Origin: Lama guanicoe | Taxonomy: Eukaryota | Length of the DNA: 64,000 bases | Reading direction: 5' to 3' | Assembly: GCA_013239625.1 (NCBI GenBank) | Contig: MU053557.1 | Span: forward strand, 2,820,123 to 2,884,122 | Part shown: positions 63,781-64,000 of the stretch, one piece after another | Numbering within the stretch: the stretch's first letter is position 1 | Layout: each line of letters begins with the position of its first letter | Notes under the pieces: generated by a model | The model's input: only the letters and a program-made list of their open reading frames with translations | Database searches by the model: none | What the model was told of the DNA's origin: nothing | Translations under genes and position numbers: made by a program

Positions 63781-64000
63781 TTTATATTTTTAAAAAATTT
63801 AACTTACTAGACCAAACATTTGACATATTAAACAAAAAAGAATAACAATGAATTTTGTTATAAATACATATATTGTACATATGTACATATTTGTATACAT
63901 ATATTCTATGTAGAAATATTTGCATAAAGGTCAGAAATGGAAAGGAATAATACTGTATATATTACACATAAGTGGTATAACACTCAGACTGTGATAAACT

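Noticed and set aside
1..64000. The many 60-170 aa ORFs in the track as host genes or a novel operon
   Set aside because: Many begin at non-ATG codons, overlap repeats or are antisense to L1, and show no recognisable domains. Their number and length fit chance ORFs in mammalian non-coding DNA.
1..64000. Inferring host-gene direction from repeat strand bias
   Set aside because: Old L1s and L2s are mostly minus while young L1 tails are mostly plus, so the signal is contradictory

Overview
Mammalian, repeat-rich, non-coding genomic DNA (intergenic or deep intronic). The host is most likely a camelid: there is a tRNA-Ala-derived vic-1-like SINE, the L1 3' ends are cetartiodactyl-type, and I saw no Alu, B1/B2, Bov-A/BovB or PRE-1. 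I found no host protein-coding exon, functional RNA gene, CRISPR array or prokaryote-like operon. The only ORF-track entries resembling real proteins are decayed LINE-1 ORF1/ORF2 pieces. Much of the window is recognisable transposon relics: L1 of several ages, L2, MIR, MaLR/ERVL/ERV1 LTRs, and hAT and Tc2 MITEs. Subfamily names come from my recall of consensus sequences and boundaries are approximate. The most interesting items are unusual retrotransposition products: a TSD-flanked L1 that is 5'-intact, 3'-truncated and internally deleted; a candidate L1 3' transduction containing a ~185 bp tandem duplication; and a ~60 bp L1 micro-insertion. There are also candidate regulatory sites, including a strong CTCF motif pair next to the SINE and repeat-poor blocks that may be conserved enhancers. 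I see no support for a novel multi-gene system.
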